NCBI GenBank assembly: GCA_051362555.1
Contig: CM120640.1
Location: forward strand, 54,352,788-54,416,787
From: Lingula anatina
Taxonomy: Eukaryota; Animalia; Brachiopoda
DNA length: 64,000 nt
Direction of reading: 5' to 3'
Shown here in pieces: positions 63,884-64,000 of this stretch (position 1 is its first letter; each line of letters begins with the position of its first letter). Below the pieces are notes generated by a model that made no database searches, was not told where the DNA came from, and was given only the letters and a program-made list of their open reading frames with translations. The position numbers and the translations under genes were made by a program.

Positions 63884-64000
63884 TTAAAACAATCTAAACG
63901 AGTTTGGATCATTTCGCAAACTTCTTTCGAAATTCTCATCGGAATTGATGGCCTTGCCTTTTCTCGCCATCATCAGCTTCAGTTCTTGATCTCTAATCCC
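63884..64000 (-). CDS. Possible 3'-terminal coding exon of a neighbouring gene entering from the right edge
   Basis: Open frame GIRDQELKLMMARKGKAINSDENFERSLRNDPNSFRLF* with protein-like composition. No family recognised. Confidence 0.25.
   Translation of the reverse strand, partial: GIRDQELKLMMARKGKAINSDENFERSLRNDPNSFRLF

Overview
AT-rich eukaryotic (invertebrate-like animal) genomic DNA, not prokaryotic. The left 20 kb holds the 5' part of a minus-strand, intron-rich SLC12 cation-chloride cotransporter gene (NKCC1/SLC12A2-like). I traced 17 coding exons from the ATG at 20031 down to 1414. All have GT-AG junctions and matching phases (2470 nt, ~823 codons), and the C-terminus runs off the window's left edge. 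Several short frame-preserving candidate cassette exons follow exon 17. Intron 4 contains a decayed two-gene DNA transposon of ISL2EU (PIF/Harbinger) type: a THAP + DDE_Tnp_4 transposase remnant converging on an intron-containing YqaJ/lambda-exonuclease remnant, with AT target duplication and convergent CTCF-like motifs. The ~44 kb upstream has no intact gene I can support. It is a field of transposon fossils: fold-back and nested Harbinger-type MITEs, a TTAA-flanked Kolobok-like element, three Tc1-like transposase remnants, L2/CR1 LINE fragments, HINE-like elements and microsatellites. A possible terminal exon of a neighbouring gene sits at the far right. I see no evidence for a wholly new biological system; the best leads are the ISL2EU-YqaJ element, the microexon cluster and the MITE derivation/nesting relationships.
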